From Eledone cirrhosa (Eukaryota), in the NCBI GenBank assembly GCA_964016885.1, contig OZ024759.1, positions 8,742,001-8,806,000 on the forward strand: a DNA stretch of 64,000 nt, read 5' to 3'. Positions 61,801 to 64,000 of this stretch are shown here, one piece after another. Under the pieces are notes generated by a model. It was not told the DNA's origin. It worked only from the letters and a program-made list of their open reading frames with translations, and did no database searches. Position numbers and translations under genes: made by a program. The number at the start of each line of letters is the position of its first letter. Positions within the stretch are counted from its first letter, which is position 1.

Positions 61801-64000
61801 TATCCGCGAAAATAATTCGAGTGAATGTGGAAATACACATATCGAATTAGAGTGCTCAATAGACATGTTAAAATAAAACAAAAGCTATTCATCACTCAAT
61901 AGAATCGACAAAATATGAGCAATAAAATTAACTGGTGGATAGCTATGTCCAGAGCTAAATATATTAGAAAGATCGAGTATCGAAAAATCGGCGCACGAGT
62001 TAACGAAAAACGAAATTCGATATGAGCGGCAGAGGGCTCAATAATTCAGATGAATCAGAGCTATAACTATCGTTAAAATACCGTCACATATAGAACAAGT
62101 CTACAATCAACCATACGATTTAAAATCGATAAAGGAAGATTCGGGCCAAACAGATAAAAAATATCAATAAAACAATACGTCAATAATTTAAATGAATGTA
62201 AAATCATACCCGGACCCACTAGAAAGGTGTTAAATCTAGCTTCATGGGTTTCTGTAAATCCTTAGACAATACTCTATCAGCTCACATATAAATATAAAAG
62301 CCTACTAGAATAAGTGGAACGGAGTTTACGTTGTCAACGAGTTTTATCCTGGCGGCAAAGGAGTCAACTAGCGGTGAAAAACGCACATGGCATTAGACAA
62401 GGGAGATGACCCCTATATCCGCGAAAATAATTCGAGTGAATGTGGAAATACACATATCGAATTAGAGTGCTCAATAGACATGTTAAAATAAAACAAAAGC
62501 TATTCATCACTCAATAGAATCGACAAAATATGAGCAATAAAATTAACTGGTGGATAGCTATGTCCAGAGCTAAATATATTAGAAAGATCGAGTATCGAAA
62601 AATCGGCGCACGAGTTAACGAAAAACGAAATTCGATATGAGCGGCAGAGGGCTCAATAATTCAGATGAATCAGAGCTATAACTATCGTTAAAATACCGTC
62701 ACATATAGAACAAGTCTACAATCAACCATACGATTTAAAATCGATAAAGGAAGATTCGGGCCAAACAGATAAAAAATATCAATAAAACAATACGTCAATA
62801 ATTTAAATGAATGTAAAATCATACCCGGACCCACTAGAAAGGTGTTAAATCTAGCTTCATGGGTTTCTGTAAATCCTTAGACAATACTCTATCAGCTCAC
62901 ATATAAATATAAAAGCCTACTAGAATAAGTGGAACGGAGTTTACGTTGTCAACGAGTTTTATCCTGGCGGCAAAGGAGTCAACTAGCGGTGAAAAACGCA
63001 CATGGCATTAGACAAGGGAGATGACCCCTATATCCGCGAAAATAATTCGAGTGAATGTGGAAATACACATATCGAATTAGAGTGCTCAATAGACATGTTA
63101 AAATAAAACAAAAGCTATTCATCACTCAATAGAATCGACAAAATATGAGCAATAAAATTAACTGGTGGATAGCTATGTCCAGAGCTAAATATATTAGAAA
63201 GATCGAGTATCGAAAAATCGGCGCACGAGTTAACGAAAAACGAAATTCGATATGAGCGGCAGAGGGCTCAATAATTCAGATGAATCAGAGCTATAACTAT
63301 CGTTAAAATACCGTCACATATAGAACAAGTCTACAATCAACCATACGATTTAAAATCGATAAAGGAAGATTCGGGCCAAACAGATAAAAAATATCAATAA
63401 AACAATACGTCAATAATTTAAATGAATGTAAAATCATACCCGGACCCACTAGAAAGGTGTTAAATCTAGCTTCATGGGTTTCTGTAAATCCTTAGACAAT
63501 ACTCTATCAGCTCACATATAAATATAAAAGCCTACTAGAATAAGTGGAACGGAGTTTACGTTGTCAACGAGTTTTATCCTGGCGGCAAAGGAGTCAACTA
63601 GCGGTGAAAAACGCACATGGCATTAGACAAGGGAGATGACCCCTATATCCGCGAAAATAATTCGAGTGAATGTGGAAATACACATATCGAATTAGAGTGC
63701 TCAATAGACATGTTAAAATAAAACAAAAGCTATTCATCACTCAATAGAATCGACAAAATATGAGCAATAAAATTAACTGGTGGATAGCTATGTCCAGAGC
63801 TAAATATATTAGAAAGATCGAGTATCGAAAAATCGGCGCACGAGTTAACGAAAAACGAAATTCGATATGAGCGGCAGAGGGCTCAATAATTCAGATGAAT
63901 CAGAGCTATAACTATCGTTAAAATACCGTCACATATAGAACAAGTCTACAATCAACCATACGATTTAAAATCGATAAAGGAAGATTCGGGCCAAACAGAT
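58884..64000. repeat. 615-bp tandem satellite, at least 8.3 apparently identical units, runs off the window end
   Basis: AGAAAGATCGAGTATCG at 58891, 59506, 60121, 60736, 61351 and onward. Confidence 0.98.

Overview
AT-rich, repeat-dominated eukaryotic DNA, most likely a cephalopod (octopus-like); this is inferred from the C2H2 zinc-finger array, RTE LINEs, tRNA-derived SINEs and huge (TA)n tracts. The only cellular gene is the 3' end of a tandem C2H2 zinc-finger ORF (1-378), which stops exactly at a TTAA-type transposon insertion. The rest is nested mobile DNA sitting mostly in (TA)n microsatellites: young 5'-truncated RTE LINEs, two SINE families, a deleted mariner, MITEs, two Penelope-type GIY-YIG fragments, and 30-, 45- and 615-bp tandem arrays. 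The main hidden signal is about 15 minimal type I hammerhead ribozyme motifs with intact cores (plus several mutated ones) from several unrelated sequence families. Many lie in 350-1100 bp palindromes or inverted repeats, so both strands carry a ribozyme. Nearly all long ORFs in the supplied track are microsatellite or minisatellite artefacts. All folds and alignments were read by eye; none were computed.
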